IMG/VR virus record: IMGVR_UViG_3300050121_000298
Span: 615-64,614 of that record
Direction: 5' to 3' (one strand)
DNA: 64,000 nt
Source: a virus
Lineage: Duplodnaviria; Caudoviricetes
Position numbers and translations under genes: made by a program
Part shown: positions 8,319-18,363 of the stretch, piece by piece
Layout of the letters: the number at the start of each line of letters is the position of its first letter
How positions within the stretch are numbered: the first letter of the stretch is position 1
The notes under the pieces: generated by a model
Told to the model about the DNA's origin: nothing
The model's database searches: none
What the model saw: the letters and a program-made list of their open reading frames with translations, nothing else

Positions 8319-9107
8319 ATGAGTGACACACTTGTTGCCCCTGCTCCAGCATTAGCTGTTGCACCCGGTATTATGTTACCGATGGATGCCTTACCCGCTC
8401 TGTCACAAAACCCGAAGACATTGGTACTGTTTTCCAAACCAAAGATTGGGAAGACCACCTTGTTATCAAAACTAGGAGGTTGTCTACTTTTGGATTTAGA
8501 AGACGGTAGTGATTATGTCTCGGCTGTAAAAATCAAAGCCACTACCTATACTGCTATGATGCAGATAGTAAAGAAAATCAACGAGGCCGGTAACCCTTAC
8601 AAGTACCTTGCTGTCGATACCATCACGGCCCTGGAGGAGATAGTCATTCCATATGCCGAATACCTCTATCAACAGACTCCTATGGGAACCAAGTGGTTTA
8701 CAGAAACCAAGCTGAAGTACAAGAGCATCTTAAACCTACCTAATGGGGGCGGATACTTATATTTAAGACTGGCATTTGAAGCTGCTATCAAAGCATTACA
8801 CTCGGCTGCTCCCGTACTGATCCTGATGGGTCACTTAAAAGACACGATACTGGATAAAAACGGTAGCGATTTCACCTCATCAGATTTAGATCTTACAGGT
8901 AAACTTAAACGCATGGTGACTTCTTCGGCAGATGCTATCGGATATATCTACCGTGTTAAGAACAAAAACATGATCACATTCGCTTCTACTGATGAGGTAG
9001 CCTGTGGCGCAAGACCAGCACATTTACGTAATCAAACTTTTCCTATCTCAGAGTTTAATGACGAAACCGGAGTATATACTTCACATTGGGATAAAATCTT
9101 TATTTAA
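8319..9107 (+). CDS. AAA_24/Sak4-like ATPase
   Basis: SKPKIGKTT Walker A variant, LLLDLEDGS, AVDTIT, ILMGH, ADAIGY; upstream of an SSB-like gene. Confidence 0.78.
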   Translation: MSDTLVAPAPALAVAPGIMLPMDALPALSQNPKTLVLFSKPKIGKTTLLSKLGGCLLLDLEDGSDYVSAVKIKATTYTAMMQIVKKINEAGNPYKYLAVDTITALEEIVIPYAEYLYQQTPMGTKWFTETKLKYKSILNLPNGGGYLYLRLAFEAAIKALHSAAPVLILMGHLKDTILDKNGSDFTSSDLDLTGKLKRMVTSSADAIGYIYRVKNKNMITFASTDEVACGARPAHLRNQTFPISEFNDETGVYTSHWDKIFI

Positions 9108-9127
9108 TCACTTCTAAAACAATCATC

Positions 9128-9877
9128 ATGTCATTCAGTGTAGAAAATTACGACGAGAATAAATTTGGTGGACTCTCAGCATTTTTGGATCCAGGTCAGC
9201 ACACAGTACGTCTTCTGGACTTAGTCCTGGAAGAAGCTCCTTATAAAACCAAAGAGGGAGGTCCTGTTTTCTTCTTACGTCTCACCGTAGAAGGAGAGAA
9301 ACAAGATCCCGATTTCAAAGGCTGGCTGATCGATACCGAAAATCCTGATCTCGGTGCTTACGAAGGACAGATCGGAACCCTTAACCACGGTCCTTTCGGC
9401 TTCTCTCAGTATAAGGAGTTTTCATGGGAAGAACAAGTATTTAACTGGGTATGTGACTTCGCTAACCACGTAGGCAAACTGGAACAGATCCGCAAGATCA
9501 AAGAGGAAGACATCTATTCCTTTATTCAGAAGGTTAAACTTGTCTTATGTGATCCTTCTGTATGGTTTTTACTGACTATTGCAGGTCAGGAATATACCAA
9601 CAAGAAAGGTTTCTCTACTTATCGTCTGTTTATCCCCAAGGATCACACCAAGAAATACAGACGTGCCTTTGCTTCTCTGGAACTCTCTTCAGAACTTCTT
9701 GAGAAGAAGTTTTTGTTCTATGATGCCAAGGTACATCTTGTTCCAGAGAGGAACAAAGAAGCAGCCCCTACTGTCAATGAATTCTCTGGTGCCAATGAAG
9801 GACCTACTGAGAACTTTGAGGAAGCAATGGCAACTGTTGAAGTCGCTAATGCTTTACCAGAGACGTTTGATTTCTAA
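9128..9877 (+). CDS. Putative single-stranded DNA-binding protein
   Basis: Position after the Sak4-like ATPase, LDPGQHTVRLLD start, acidic tail ending in aromatic ETFDF. Confidence 0.55.
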   Translation: MSFSVENYDENKFGGLSAFLDPGQHTVRLLDLVLEEAPYKTKEGGPVFFLRLTVEGEKQDPDFKGWLIDTENPDLGAYEGQIGTLNHGPFGFSQYKEFSWEEQVFNWVCDFANHVGKLEQIRKIKEEDIYSFIQKVKLVLCDPSVWFLLTIAGQEYTNKKGFSTYRLFIPKDHTKKYRRAFASLELSSELLEKKFLFYDAKVHLVPERNKEAAPTVNEFSGANEGPTENFEEAMATVEVANALPETFDF

Positions 9878-9885
9878 ATAGTAAT

Positions 9886-9922
9886 AAGACCCGGTATGAG
9901 GCTTACTTATACCGGGTCTTTT
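9886..9922 (+). terminator. Rho-independent terminator
   Basis: AAGACCCGGTATGAG-gctta-CTTATACCGGGTCTT-TT. Confidence 0.8.
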
Positions 9923-9937
9923 AATTTCTTCAGGCTT

Positions 9938-10948
9938 ATGTTTCAGGTCGATAGTTATATTGGAGGGATCAAAGACGTTCCCAGTAATTGGATATTCGAA
10001 TTCTATTTAAAACTCCCGCAACCTCTCATGGGCCATCGCACCATGATACGTAGCGTGTTTAACTCGACGGATAACGATCCCTCGATGTCCATCTATTTCA
10101 GTGATCCACAGAAAAAATACCGGTTCAAAGATTTTTCGACAGGTAAAAGTGGTGACGCAATAGATTTAATGAATTTCCTCTGGAGTGAAAACACTTCAGG
10201 CACTTACGCCAAAATTCTCAAAGATTACCGAGAGTATATACAGAATGGTGGTACAATCAACTATACAGGTTCGGCTATCAAAAACTGGAAACTCAGATCC
10301 TTCAAACTAAGAACCTGGAACACGCTTGATAGAGATTATTGGTCACCTTTTGGAATAGGATCAAAACTCCTCAATCTCTATAACGTGAAGCCTCTGGAGT
10401 CTTATACGATGGAGTCCACACTGGAAGGATCAGACGAGTGTTTCGAGATCTTTGATCAGAACATGTACAGCTTTTTCACTGGTGACAAACCCTATAAGAT
10501 ATATCGTCCACTTTGTAAAGAACACAAGTTTATCAAGATAGCCGGAATACGGTATATTCAAGGCACCGATCAATTATACAGAAATGATACTTTACTTATC
10601 AACTCTGCCATCAAAGACATTATGAGTACCCGATCACTGGGACTCAGGGCTGACTTCGTTGCTCCCGATAGTGAGAATAGTATCTTCTCAAAGACCGTCA
10701 TTGCGGGATATAAGAAGAAGTACAAGAGCATCGCCTGTCTACTGGACAGCGATGAAGCCGGAGTAAGAGCAATGAAGAGATACCAGGAAGAGTTCAACAT
10801 ACCTTTCATCTATCTACCTATGTCCAAAGATATCAGTGATGCTGTAAAGTATCATGGTAAGAATAAAGTACTCTATGACCTATTGCCAAAGTTGACTACG
10901 GCCATAGAGAAATACCAAGAATCACATTTAGAACACAGTGTCGATTGA
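9938..10948 (+). CDS. DNA primase (DnaG/TOPRIM type)
   Basis: DNDPSM, FKDFSTGKSGD, KDIM, DSDEAG, KDISD; ATG 9938 preferred because 9896 lies inside the terminator. Confidence 0.85.
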   Translation: MFQVDSYIGGIKDVPSNWIFEFYLKLPQPLMGHRTMIRSVFNSTDNDPSMSIYFSDPQKKYRFKDFSTGKSGDAIDLMNFLWSENTSGTYAKILKDYREYIQNGGTINYTGSAIKNWKLRSFKLRTWNTLDRDYWSPFGIGSKLLNLYNVKPLESYTMESTLEGSDECFEIFDQNMYSFFTGDKPYKIYRPLCKEHKFIKIAGIRYIQGTDQLYRNDTLLINSAIKDIMSTRSLGLRADFVAPDSENSIFSKTVIAGYKKKYKSIACLLDSDEAGVRAMKRYQEEFNIPFIYLPMSKDISDAVKYHGKNKVLYDLLPKLTTAIEKYQESHLEHSVD

Positions 10949-10976
10949 GTTCTACATTTAACGTATATTTGTAGAC
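10949..10976 (+). promoter_or_regulatory. TAnnTTTG promoter bracketed by inverted TCTACA/TGTAGA motifs
   Basis: GTTCTACA 10949-10956, TATATTTG 10964-10971, TGTAGAC 10970-10976. Confidence 0.6.
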
Positions 10977-10991
10977 CTTAAACAACATTTT

Positions 10992-11405
10992 ATGCTAATC
11001 TTCATTCCAGGGAACGTACCTTCTTCTAAAAACAGTCGTCGTAACTTCGGCCACGTCTCTTTGCCCTCAGAGCTTACAGAGAAATGGCGAGAGAATACCG
11101 CATGTTTTTGGAACAAATTCCGATCACACTTCATAAAAGAGTGCCAAGGTAAACAGTTTCCTCTCATCGTAGGCATTCACTTCGTCCGTAAGTCTAAACA
11201 CAAATGGGATTTTATCAATCCCTGTCAGACGATACAAGATGAAATGATGCACAAAGAATGGATAGATGATGATAATACCTCAATCATGTATCCTGTCCCC
11301 TTAAAGATCGACAATCTACTTTGGTCTTACGATTCCAAAAATCCGGGTGTCTACATCCGTGTCTTAAATAACATTTCAGAAGCATCACTTTCATTCTCTA
11401 AATAA
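10992..11405 (+). CDS. RusA-like Holliday junction resolvase
   Basis: IPGNVPSSKN, WDFINPCQTIQD, WIDDDN and NPGVYIRV match the RusA acidic triad layout. Confidence 0.78.
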   Translation: MLIFIPGNVPSSKNSRRNFGHVSLPSELTEKWRENTACFWNKFRSHFIKECQGKQFPLIVGIHFVRKSKHKWDFINPCQTIQDEMMHKEWIDDDNTSIMYPVPLKIDNLLWSYDSKNPGVYIRVLNNISEASLSFSK

Positions 11406-11411
11406 ACAACC

Positions 11412-12461
11412 ATGTCCATGCCTTTTTGTGATATGTCTGCTTCTCAGAAGTTGATATTAGAAGATCAGTTCTTCGATAAACGTATCGTTCTAAGTCAGAG
11501 CGCACTAAACAAACTACTCTTCTGTCCGCAGAGTTATTACAACTACTATATCCTGCAGCAGAAAGAGACAGAGAGTAGTAAATATGCCGTAGAGGGTAAG
11601 ATGATGCATTGTCTTTTACTTAACCCCGAGGTATTTCATGATGAGTTCGTCATCTCCCCAACAGCATTACCGAGCGAGAAACTTGTTGCAGCCCTGTTTA
11701 CCCTGTTCACCACTTGTCAGATCGACAGTGACGCCACAGGAAACCCTCTTACCTTAACCCTGTCTGACTATCAGGAAGAGTTACTTGTCGCTCTTACCGT
11801 CAATAACTTGTACCAGTCCTATAAGGATAACGCTAAGAAGTTATCGTCAGCCATAACTGATAAATCACAGGCTTACTGGGAATTTCTTGTAAAATCCACC
11901 GACACACGTAAAAGTATCGTATCTTACGATCAGTTTATAGAAGCCCAACATGCCGTAGATAAGATCAAAAATAATGTGTCCATCATGAAACTCATGGGTT
12001 ACATCACTGAACCCGGAGAGATGGTACAACAGATGAACGAACAATCCTTGCAGGCAATACAACAGGAAAGAGACTTTGACATAAAAGGAATATTGGATAA
12101 CTACGTGGTTAACCATATGACCAATACTATCTTAGTCAATGACCTAAAGAAAACCTCTAAGGATATTCTCTCTTTTGAAGAGTCTATCTTAAAATACCGT
12201 TACGACCTACAGGCTGCAATGTACTACACCTTGATCCGGGATACTGTAGCAAAGAACTATCCCGGATACACGATAGAGTTTCGTTTTATCGTAGTGGACA
12301 ACATGTTACAGATCGCACCTGTAAGAATCACGCCTGAGACAATGGATATCTGGCTTAACAACCTGGAAGAGACATTTGCCAAAGCGACATTTCACTTTAA
12401 AGAACGGAGATTTGATCTACCTTATAGCATTGCATCCAACAATAACGAAATAGTATTATGA
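11412..12461 (+). CDS. PD-(D/E)XK exonuclease (RecE/ExoVIII-like)
   Basis: LSQSALNK, GKMMHCLLL, KGILD, VNDLKK, YRYDLQAAMY. Confidence 0.82.
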   Translation: MSMPFCDMSASQKLILEDQFFDKRIVLSQSALNKLLFCPQSYYNYYILQQKETESSKYAVEGKMMHCLLLNPEVFHDEFVISPTALPSEKLVAALFTLFTTCQIDSDATGNPLTLTLSDYQEELLVALTVNNLYQSYKDNAKKLSSAITDKSQAYWEFLVKSTDTRKSIVSYDQFIEAQHAVDKIKNNVSIMKLMGYITEPGEMVQQMNEQSLQAIQQERDFDIKGILDNYVVNHMTNTILVNDLKKTSKDILSFEESILKYRYDLQAAMYYTLIRDTVAKNYPGYTIEFRFIVVDNMLQIAPVRITPETMDIWLNNLEETFAKATFHFKERRFDLPYSIASNNNEIVL

Positions 12462-13015
12462 TAAACAAACCGTATGCGGATTACTTTCAAAAATCCCAAG
12501 TATTTCTGTTTCCGCTGACCGGCATTCCTAAACTGTCCCCTTTTGTTCCTTTGAGTACGCATCTCTCCTGGAGAGGGGTGTATGCTCCAAAGGATCGAAA
12601 GTTAATGGTAGTCTATGACACGCTCAATGACTGTGTTCAGTGGCAAGAGTTTTTAAGTAACTTGTTTAAGAATTTTCACTTCGAACTGGTAGCGTACACT
12701 CCTGATCGTAAGAAAGCAGTAGTCATTCTGGACATGAGAATCCACGAAGACACCTATGTAAAGGTACTTCGAGGGACCTACTCTAAAATTGAGGCACCAG
12801 ATCAAAGTCTTGTCATGACTTTCTTCGGAGTTAGAAGTGGCGAATGGGCATACATCGACACGTTCTTTAAACCACAGAAGTACATGAAGTTATATGCCGA
12901 ACTGTATGGTGTAGAAGAAGAAGCCTTCTCGCGTCATGGAGAGCTTTGTGAGATGCCCAATCCTGAGAAAGAGTGTCTTAAATTAATTACAGAAATAAAT
13001 GTAGATGTTTTGTAA
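12458..13015 (+). CDS. Hypothetical phage protein
   Basis: ATGA overlap with the exonuclease gene; 185 aa. Confidence 0.7.
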   Translation: MINKPYADYFQKSQVFLFPLTGIPKLSPFVPLSTHLSWRGVYAPKDRKLMVVYDTLNDCVQWQEFLSNLFKNFHFELVAYTPDRKKAVVILDMRIHEDTYVKVLRGTYSKIEAPDQSLVMTFFGVRSGEWAYIDTFFKPQKYMKLYAELYGVEEEAFSRHGELCEMPNPEKECLKLITEINVDVL

Positions 13016-13020
13016 TTAAG

Positions 13021-13042
13021 TGTAGAACTTATCTTATATTTG
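13021..13042 (+). promoter_or_regulatory. TAnnTTTG promoter with upstream TGTAGAAC motif
   Basis: TGTAGAAC 13021-13028, TATATTTG 13035-13042. Confidence 0.6.
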
Positions 13043-13060
13043 TAAGATAAACCTATAGTT

Positions 13061-13429
13061 ATGGAAATCACCCCTACATTATTCGCAATACATCGCGAAA
13101 TCAAAGATCAACCTTCATTTGCGCTTATTCCTTTATCACTAAACTGTCCTTTTGTAGAAGTCATCTATGACCCTACCAAAAGGATTCTTTATGTTATAGG
13201 AAAGAACACGAAAGAAGATCCTCAATTTCTTGAAAGACTCGACGACAATGGTACGCCGATGGCTAATACAAAAGACAAAACCGTAGCCAGAATGGAGCGA
13301 AGAATTTTTGCTGCTTACTACGAGTACCGTATCACACAATCTACAGACATCACAGATTTCATCAAGAAGTTTGTGGTAAACCCAACGCATGGCGCTTTGC
13401 TTAAAGTGCTTTCTGATATCATAATCTAA
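13061..13429 (+). CDS. Hypothetical phage protein
   Basis: ORF between a promoter and a terminator. Confidence 0.7.
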   Translation: MEITPTLFAIHREIKDQPSFALIPLSLNCPFVEVIYDPTKRILYVIGKNTKEDPQFLERLDDNGTPMANTKDKTVARMERRIFAAYYEYRITQSTDITDFIKKFVVNPTHGALLKVLSDIII

Positions 13430-13442
13430 ATCTACGTTAATT

Positions 13443-13480
13443 AAAGAGGTGGTGGCCAAAGTACTTCCACCTCTTTTTTT
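13443..13480 (+). terminator. Rho-independent terminator
   Basis: AAAGAGGTGG...CCACCTCTTTTTTT. Confidence 0.75.
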
Positions 13481-13500
13481 ATCCCCTAAAATCACCCTCA

Positions 13501-15453
13501 ATGTCAAAAAGTTATGTTTATGATTACGAGACGATATGCAATTGCTTCGTCGCAGTATTTGAAGAACTAGAGGGTTCTGACAGAAAGGTGTTTATTTTTC
13601 ATCCTATCAGGAATGACTTTGATAAGTACCTTAAATTTCTGGAACAAAACATCAAAATCAAAGACCGTCACTGTGGCTTTAACTCTATAAAGTTTGATGG
13701 CCAGATCACGGAGTTCATCTTACGTAACAAAAAAGAATTCAAAGAACTTCATGTAGATGCGTTAACTAAAAGAGTCTACGACTTCGCGCAAGAGACTATC
13801 CGCAAAACTTCTACACAAGGAGGTTACCCCGAATACAGAGAGGATCAGTTTAAGATCCCGACTACCGACATCTTTGCCTGGAACAACTGGGATTCAAATG
13901 CGAAACGTGCTTCTTTGAAATGGCTTCAGTTTACGATGAACTGGTATAACGTACAAGAAATGCCACATGCACACAGTGTTCCTGTCGAGACAGTAGAGCA
14001 GTTAAAGATGATTGTCGATTATTGTATCAATGATGTAAGGTCTACCAAGAATATTTTTCGCCATCAGGATGCCAAAGGTAACTATGACATGCTTGAACAG
14101 ATGCAACTAAGAGCAGATTTGAGTAAAGAATACAAGATCAATCTTCATTCAGCTCCAGAGCCCAAGATAGGGAAAGAGATGTTTCTACACTTCTTGTCAA
14201 AGAAACTGGGAGTCACTAAGAATTCTTTACGTTATAATCAGACTATCCGTGACAAAGTATACGTGGGAGAGATCATTCTTCCTTACATAAAGTTTCAAAT
14301 ACCCGAGTTTCAACAGATGTTCAACTGGGCAAAAGCACTTATACTGGATATAAAAAGCATTGGCGATGACGAAGAGAAGAAAGGGCCTAAATACACCTTA
14401 TCTATAGGTGATACTAAGAGTGTCTATGGCCTTGGAGGAATTCATGGTTGTATAACGCCTGGAGTATATAAGTCGAGCAAAGGTAAAATCATCAAATCGG
14501 CCGATGTGACTTCTTTCTATCCCAACCTTGCTATCAGAAACAGATGGTCCCCGGCGCATATTGCTAACGAGATCTTCTGTGACTTGTACGAATGGTTCTT
14601 TGAAGAGCGTAAGAAATACCCCAAGGGGTCATCACTTAACTACCTGTTTAAGATCATACTGAATGCCGTGTACGGTTTAAGTAAAAATCGTTATTCGTTT
14701 CTATATGACCCTCAGTTCACATACAGGATCACCATGAACGGACAATTACTTCTAACCATGTTGTATGAGACAGTCTTACTTCGCATTCCCGGAGCAGTGC
14801 CTCTGATGCAGAACACTGACGGATTGGAGTTCTTGATCGACGAAGGTCATGAAGCAGAATTCGACAAGATATGCCGGGAATGGGAAGTAATGACTAAACT
14901 ACAACTTGAAGTAGTCACCTATGACAAGATGATCATTGCAGATGTGAACAGTTATATCGCTGTATATCACAATGGTAAAACTAAATGTAAAGGACGTTTC
15001 GAATTTGAGGATAAAATGCTACACAAAAACTCTTCTCTTCGTATCGTGCCTATGACTATCTACAACTACTTTGTCAACCATACGCCCATAGAAGAGTTCC
15101 TGGCTACGCAAACCAACATCTTTGACTTCTGTGCCGGTGCTAAATTAAAACGTCCATGGAAGCTTATTAAGCAGTTTGTAAAAGACAGTGCCTTTACAGA
15201 GGAACCTCTGAGCCGTATCGTAAGATACTACTACTCTAACAAAGGATGCAAGTTAATCAAACGTCACCCTGATGGAAGAGAGATACAACTAGAAAGCGGA
15301 ACACCTATGCTCACTGTGTATAACATTGCACAGAAGAAAGACTTCAATGACTACGATCTTGACATATCCATATATCTTAAACAGATCATGGATGAGATCG
15401 AGAAGATCGAAATACAACAAACAAAAAAAGTAAACGAGTTAACCCTATTTTAA
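13501..15453 (+). CDS. Family B DNA polymerase with 3'-5' exonuclease domain
   Basis: ExoI YDYET, ExoII FNSIKFD, ExoIII YCINDV; polymerase motifs DVTSFYPN, KIILNAVYG, NTDG, KCKG. Confidence 0.92.
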   Translation: MSKSYVYDYETICNCFVAVFEELEGSDRKVFIFHPIRNDFDKYLKFLEQNIKIKDRHCGFNSIKFDGQITEFILRNKKEFKELHVDALTKRVYDFAQETIRKTSTQGGYPEYREDQFKIPTTDIFAWNNWDSNAKRASLKWLQFTMNWYNVQEMPHAHSVPVETVEQLKMIVDYCINDVRSTKNIFRHQDAKGNYDMLEQMQLRADLSKEYKINLHSAPEPKIGKEMFLHFLSKKLGVTKNSLRYNQTIRDKVYVGEIILPYIKFQIPEFQQMFNWAKALILDIKSIGDDEEKKGPKYTLSIGDTKSVYGLGGIHGCITPGVYKSSKGKIIKSADVTSFYPNLAIRNRWSPAHIANEIFCDLYEWFFEERKKYPKGSSLNYLFKIILNAVYGLSKNRYSFLYDPQFTYRITMNGQLLLTMLYETVLLRIPGAVPLMQNTDGLEFLIDEGHEAEFDKICREWEVMTKLQLEVVTYDKMIIADVNSYIAVYHNGKTKCKGRFEFEDKMLHKNSSLRIVPMTIYNYFVNHTPIEEFLATQTNIFDFCAGAKLKRPWKLIKQFVKDSAFTEEPLSRIVRYYYSNKGCKLIKRHPDGREIQLESGTPMLTVYNIAQKKDFNDYDLDISIYLKQIMDEIEKIEIQQTKKVNELTLF

Positions 15454-15454
15454 A

Positions 15455-17071
15455 ATGAAAAAGACAATAAGCGGCTTCCCTGCATTTAAGTTATTACTCT
15501 CTACAGCCGTCCCAGTTCTAACCAAGACCTACACTCCCATTGCTCATGACGATATCGTAAACAGAGTACGTGAGGAGATCGGAAAAGCAGGTTTTAAGAT
15601 CACCAAAGAAGACTACAAAGCTACCGGCAACGGACAGATAGGTATAGGAATATACCGTATGGAATACAAGTTTGACAAAAGCATAGAGCTGCTAGCCAGT
15701 TTCATGAATTCTTACGACACAAGTTATGCCTTTCGTTTCACGCTTGGAGTAGGAGTCAAAGGTTCTGATAACACCATGTTTCTCTGTGATGACGCAAGCA
15801 AGGTCTATAAGAAATTCCATAAAGGAGACGCCAACGTGTTATCCAATAACCAGATCTCAGAGCAGTTTGCCAATGCAGGTGAGTTTTGGGAACTGGCCCT
15901 ACAGGATAAAGACGTGATGTGTGGACTCCCAATGGATACCGAGAATCAAGATGCTTTCTTTAAGATCATCACCGATATCTATTTTCAAGACAGTCTATTG
16001 ACTGGATATCAAATGGGTATCATCAAAGACGAACTTTCTGAAAAACATGTTCAACCATGGCATACCGGGGTGACTTTAGAGTCTCTGTGGCATTATTATA
16101 ACTGTGTCCTTGTGGCCCTACAGGAATCTCATCCTGCTACTTGGGTGTCTACTCAGAAGACTTTCCACAAGAGAGTCAGTGAAATATTCACCCTTCCATC
16201 TTATGGTACTGGTAAGATCGTCAAAACCGAAAGTGCTATCACCATGGAAATGGAGTCCTCTCCTGCAGGGATCCTTATGGCTACTTTTGCAAAAGACGGG
16301 ATCACGACTGATATCGTGACAATACCTGGAGAACCTTTTATGAAAGTTGCAGAGTTTATAGCCAGTATTGATCCTATCACGGAAGATCCAAAAGTATCTG
16401 TTGTCAAATTCGTTACCACCGATGAAGATATACTTCTTGATTTTGGTAATTGCATCATTCCCGGTAGTTTTGACAGTGATGTTCCAGAAGATATTCTCAC
16501 CGTTAAACATGCTGATCCGGCCTATGGTTATGGGCCACATAAAGGTGTTTCTCTTGCTATTGGATATCCCGGATCAGGAATGGAACCGGGTGCTTTTGAG
16601 AAGATGTTTCCTGAAGAAGTGACTCTCGAAGATGTAGTCACCACATCAGAAGAAGTTCCTATATCTGAAACTCCTACTGAAGAAGTACCCGAACCAATCT
16701 CAGAGACTATCGAAGAAGTATCTCCTATTATAGAAGAGACTGATTTTCTCACAGTATCACATATGACAGATCCTGAAACGGAACCGTCACTGGGTATGAC
16801 AGAAGATGAGTTCTTGCTGATAGCAGATATTCCTATGCTTATACAAGCCAGAGCAGACGGCCTGTTGACGCTAAAAGGAAAGTCACAACTTGCCACGATG
16901 ACCAATGCCAAGTATCATAAGGATGCTGAAGCAGACGAGTTGTTTCTTTCGACAGCCACTCTGGAGACTCTACGAAAAGGTAAAGAAGCAGGTACACTCA
17001 GTCCTACTGGCTTATCGCTTTATGATCTAATGAGTATTTCGCAACCTATGGAACAATCGTTCGATTTCTAA
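15455..17071 (+). CDS. DUF932/DUF945-like protein with long acidic C-terminal extension
   Basis: TYTPIAHDDIV, FMNSYDTS, SLWHYYN..T/V.AL in the N-terminal part; E/P/T-rich tail. Confidence 0.6.
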   Translation: MKKTISGFPAFKLLLSTAVPVLTKTYTPIAHDDIVNRVREEIGKAGFKITKEDYKATGNGQIGIGIYRMEYKFDKSIELLASFMNSYDTSYAFRFTLGVGVKGSDNTMFLCDDASKVYKKFHKGDANVLSNNQISEQFANAGEFWELALQDKDVMCGLPMDTENQDAFFKIITDIYFQDSLLTGYQMGIIKDELSEKHVQPWHTGVTLESLWHYYNCVLVALQESHPATWVSTQKTFHKRVSEIFTLPSYGTGKIVKTESAITMEMESSPAGILMATFAKDGITTDIVTIPGEPFMKVAEFIASIDPITEDPKVSVVKFVTTDEDILLDFGNCIIPGSFDSDVPEDILTVKHADPAYGYGPHKGVSLAIGYPGSGMEPGAFEKMFPEEVTLEDVVTTSEEVPISETPTEEVPEPISETIEEVSPIIEETDFLTVSHMTDPETEPSLGMTEDEFLLIADIPMLIQARADGLLTLKGKSQLATMTNAKYHKDAEADELFLSTATLETLRKGKEAGTLSPTGLSLYDLMSISQPMEQSFDF

Positions 17072-17085
17072 AATCATCTAAAAAG

Positions 17086-17126
17086 AAATAAGCCTGCCTC
17101 TGTGAAAAGAAGCGGGCTTATTTTTT
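17086..17126 (+). terminator. Rho-independent terminator
   Basis: AATAAGCCTGC...GCGGGCTTATTTTTT. Confidence 0.75.
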
Positions 17127-17154
17127 ATCTTTGTCACACTTAATACTATACATT

Positions 17155-17523
17155 ATGGGATGGGATGCTGAATCATCATTAATAGTCGTCTATGGAGTAC
17201 GTTCACGACACATTAAAAATAGAAGAATCAATAAACTGTTTAAGGGTGCCTTTAAGAATATTCAACAAATCGCAGGAACTGCCGATGGTTCCCTTGATAT
17301 TGGATCACTTGACTGTTCTACAACTAGAAAAATGCTCGAACAAGCCACAGATCAAAGTGCATATACTTACGAAGGATGGAATGTAGAGTTCGTAAAAGAA
17401 TTGAACGCCAAAGCTAATTGGAATTTTAAATACCCAAAGAAGGATCTATGGGCTTATCTGAGTGCTAAAGCGTTTCTTGAAATATGCGCACAGGAAAATT
17501 TATCGATAAAATTTACTTGGTAA
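17155..17523 (+). CDS. Hypothetical protein
   Basis: ORF between two terminators; ATG 17155 is in frame with the listed ORF. Confidence 0.55.
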   Translation: MGWDAESSLIVVYGVRSRHIKNRRINKLFKGAFKNIQQIAGTADGSLDIGSLDCSTTRKMLEQATDQSAYTYEGWNVEFVKELNAKANWNFKYPKKDLWAYLSAKAFLEICAQENLSIKFTW

Positions 17524-17526
17524 AGC

Positions 17527-17557
17527 AAAAGAGACTGCCTATGAGACAGTCTCTTTT
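17527..17557. terminator. Bidirectional terminator between convergent modules
   Basis: AAAAGAGACTG-cctatgaga-CAGTCTCTTTT. Confidence 0.8.
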
Positions 17558-17560
17558 CTT

Positions 17561-18094
17561 TTATTTAAACAAGCCCTTGATATATCCTATCGGGTTAAAG
17601 CCTTTGATCTGAATCCATACGAAGACACCAACAGCAACGACAGTAAAGACAATGAAGAATATCCACATGAATCTCTTAGGGTCTTTAGCCACATCGGTCA
17701 CGGTGTTTGTATTTGAATCAGTAGTCCTGGCGGTCTTATTGAATAAAGTAGAATCTGTTTTTGTTATACCTTTAACCTCTGTGTTCTTGGTGATAGTAGT
17801 AGTCTTAACAGATTTTATATTCCCGGCAAAACTATTACCTGCAACCATTGCTTTGGTATTAGGTGCTACCAAGGAGTCCCCCTTTTTCATAGGAGGATAA
17901 TATTGCACTTCAACTACCTGTATAGTGTTATCATTTGTCTTGGTAGTGTCGATACTTGTCTGTACCTGTTTAGTCTGTTCTGTCTTTACAGCCTCTACTA
18001 CATGTGAGGCAGTTGTCACTTTAGTCAATGGTTTACAAGAGAGTAAAACACATGCTAATAGTGATAATAATAACGATAGGATTATTCTTTTCAT
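17561..18094 (-). CDS. Lipoprotein with C-terminal TM helix; putative unimolecular spanin
   Basis: Signal peptide II MKRIILSLLLSLLACVLLSC, T-rich periplasmic region, C-terminal TM FMWIFFIVFTVVAVGVFVWI. Confidence 0.65.
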   Translation of the reverse strand: MKRIILSLLLSLLACVLLSCKPLTKVTTASHVVEAVKTEQTKQVQTSIDTTKTNDNTIQVVEVQYYPPMKKGDSLVAPNTKAMVAGNSFAGNIKSVKTTTITKNTEVKGITKTDSTLFNKTARTTDSNTNTVTDVAKDPKRFMWIFFIVFTVVAVGVFVWIQIKGFNPIGYIKGLFK

Positions 18095-18360
18095 CGTGGT
18101 ATAAATTTCTTAATGTTTTCTACTACTGTATCGGGAGAGAATAAGAATAACGCTCCGATAGTAATACCTATGACAGCATCCGCCCAGGTAGTTGTAGCTT
18201 TTATGAAGATGGACCCGACAGAAGCCAGGATGATAACAAAACCGATAATTGAAGTAATAGGACTGGCTTTGATGTTTTTAAACGTGAACAACATAGTTGT
18301 AGACACGGTTACGACAGCAGGTTTATCTGAAGTGATGTCGTTGTTTTCGTTGGTTTCCAT
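18091..18360 (-). CDS. Putative holin (2 TM helices)
   Basis: Two hydrophobic helices, short, basic C-terminus, adjacent to the spanin candidate. Confidence 0.6.
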   Translation of the reverse strand: METNENNDITSDKPAVVTVSTTMLFTFKNIKASPITSIIGFVIILASVGSIFIKATTTWADAVIGITIGALFLFSPDTVVENIKKFIPR

Positions 18361-18363
18361 ATT

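Noticed and set aside
11412-12461. Cas4 or defence nuclease
   Set aside because: No Fe-S cysteine cluster; context with Sak4-like ATPase, SSB and RusA indicates a recombination exonuclease
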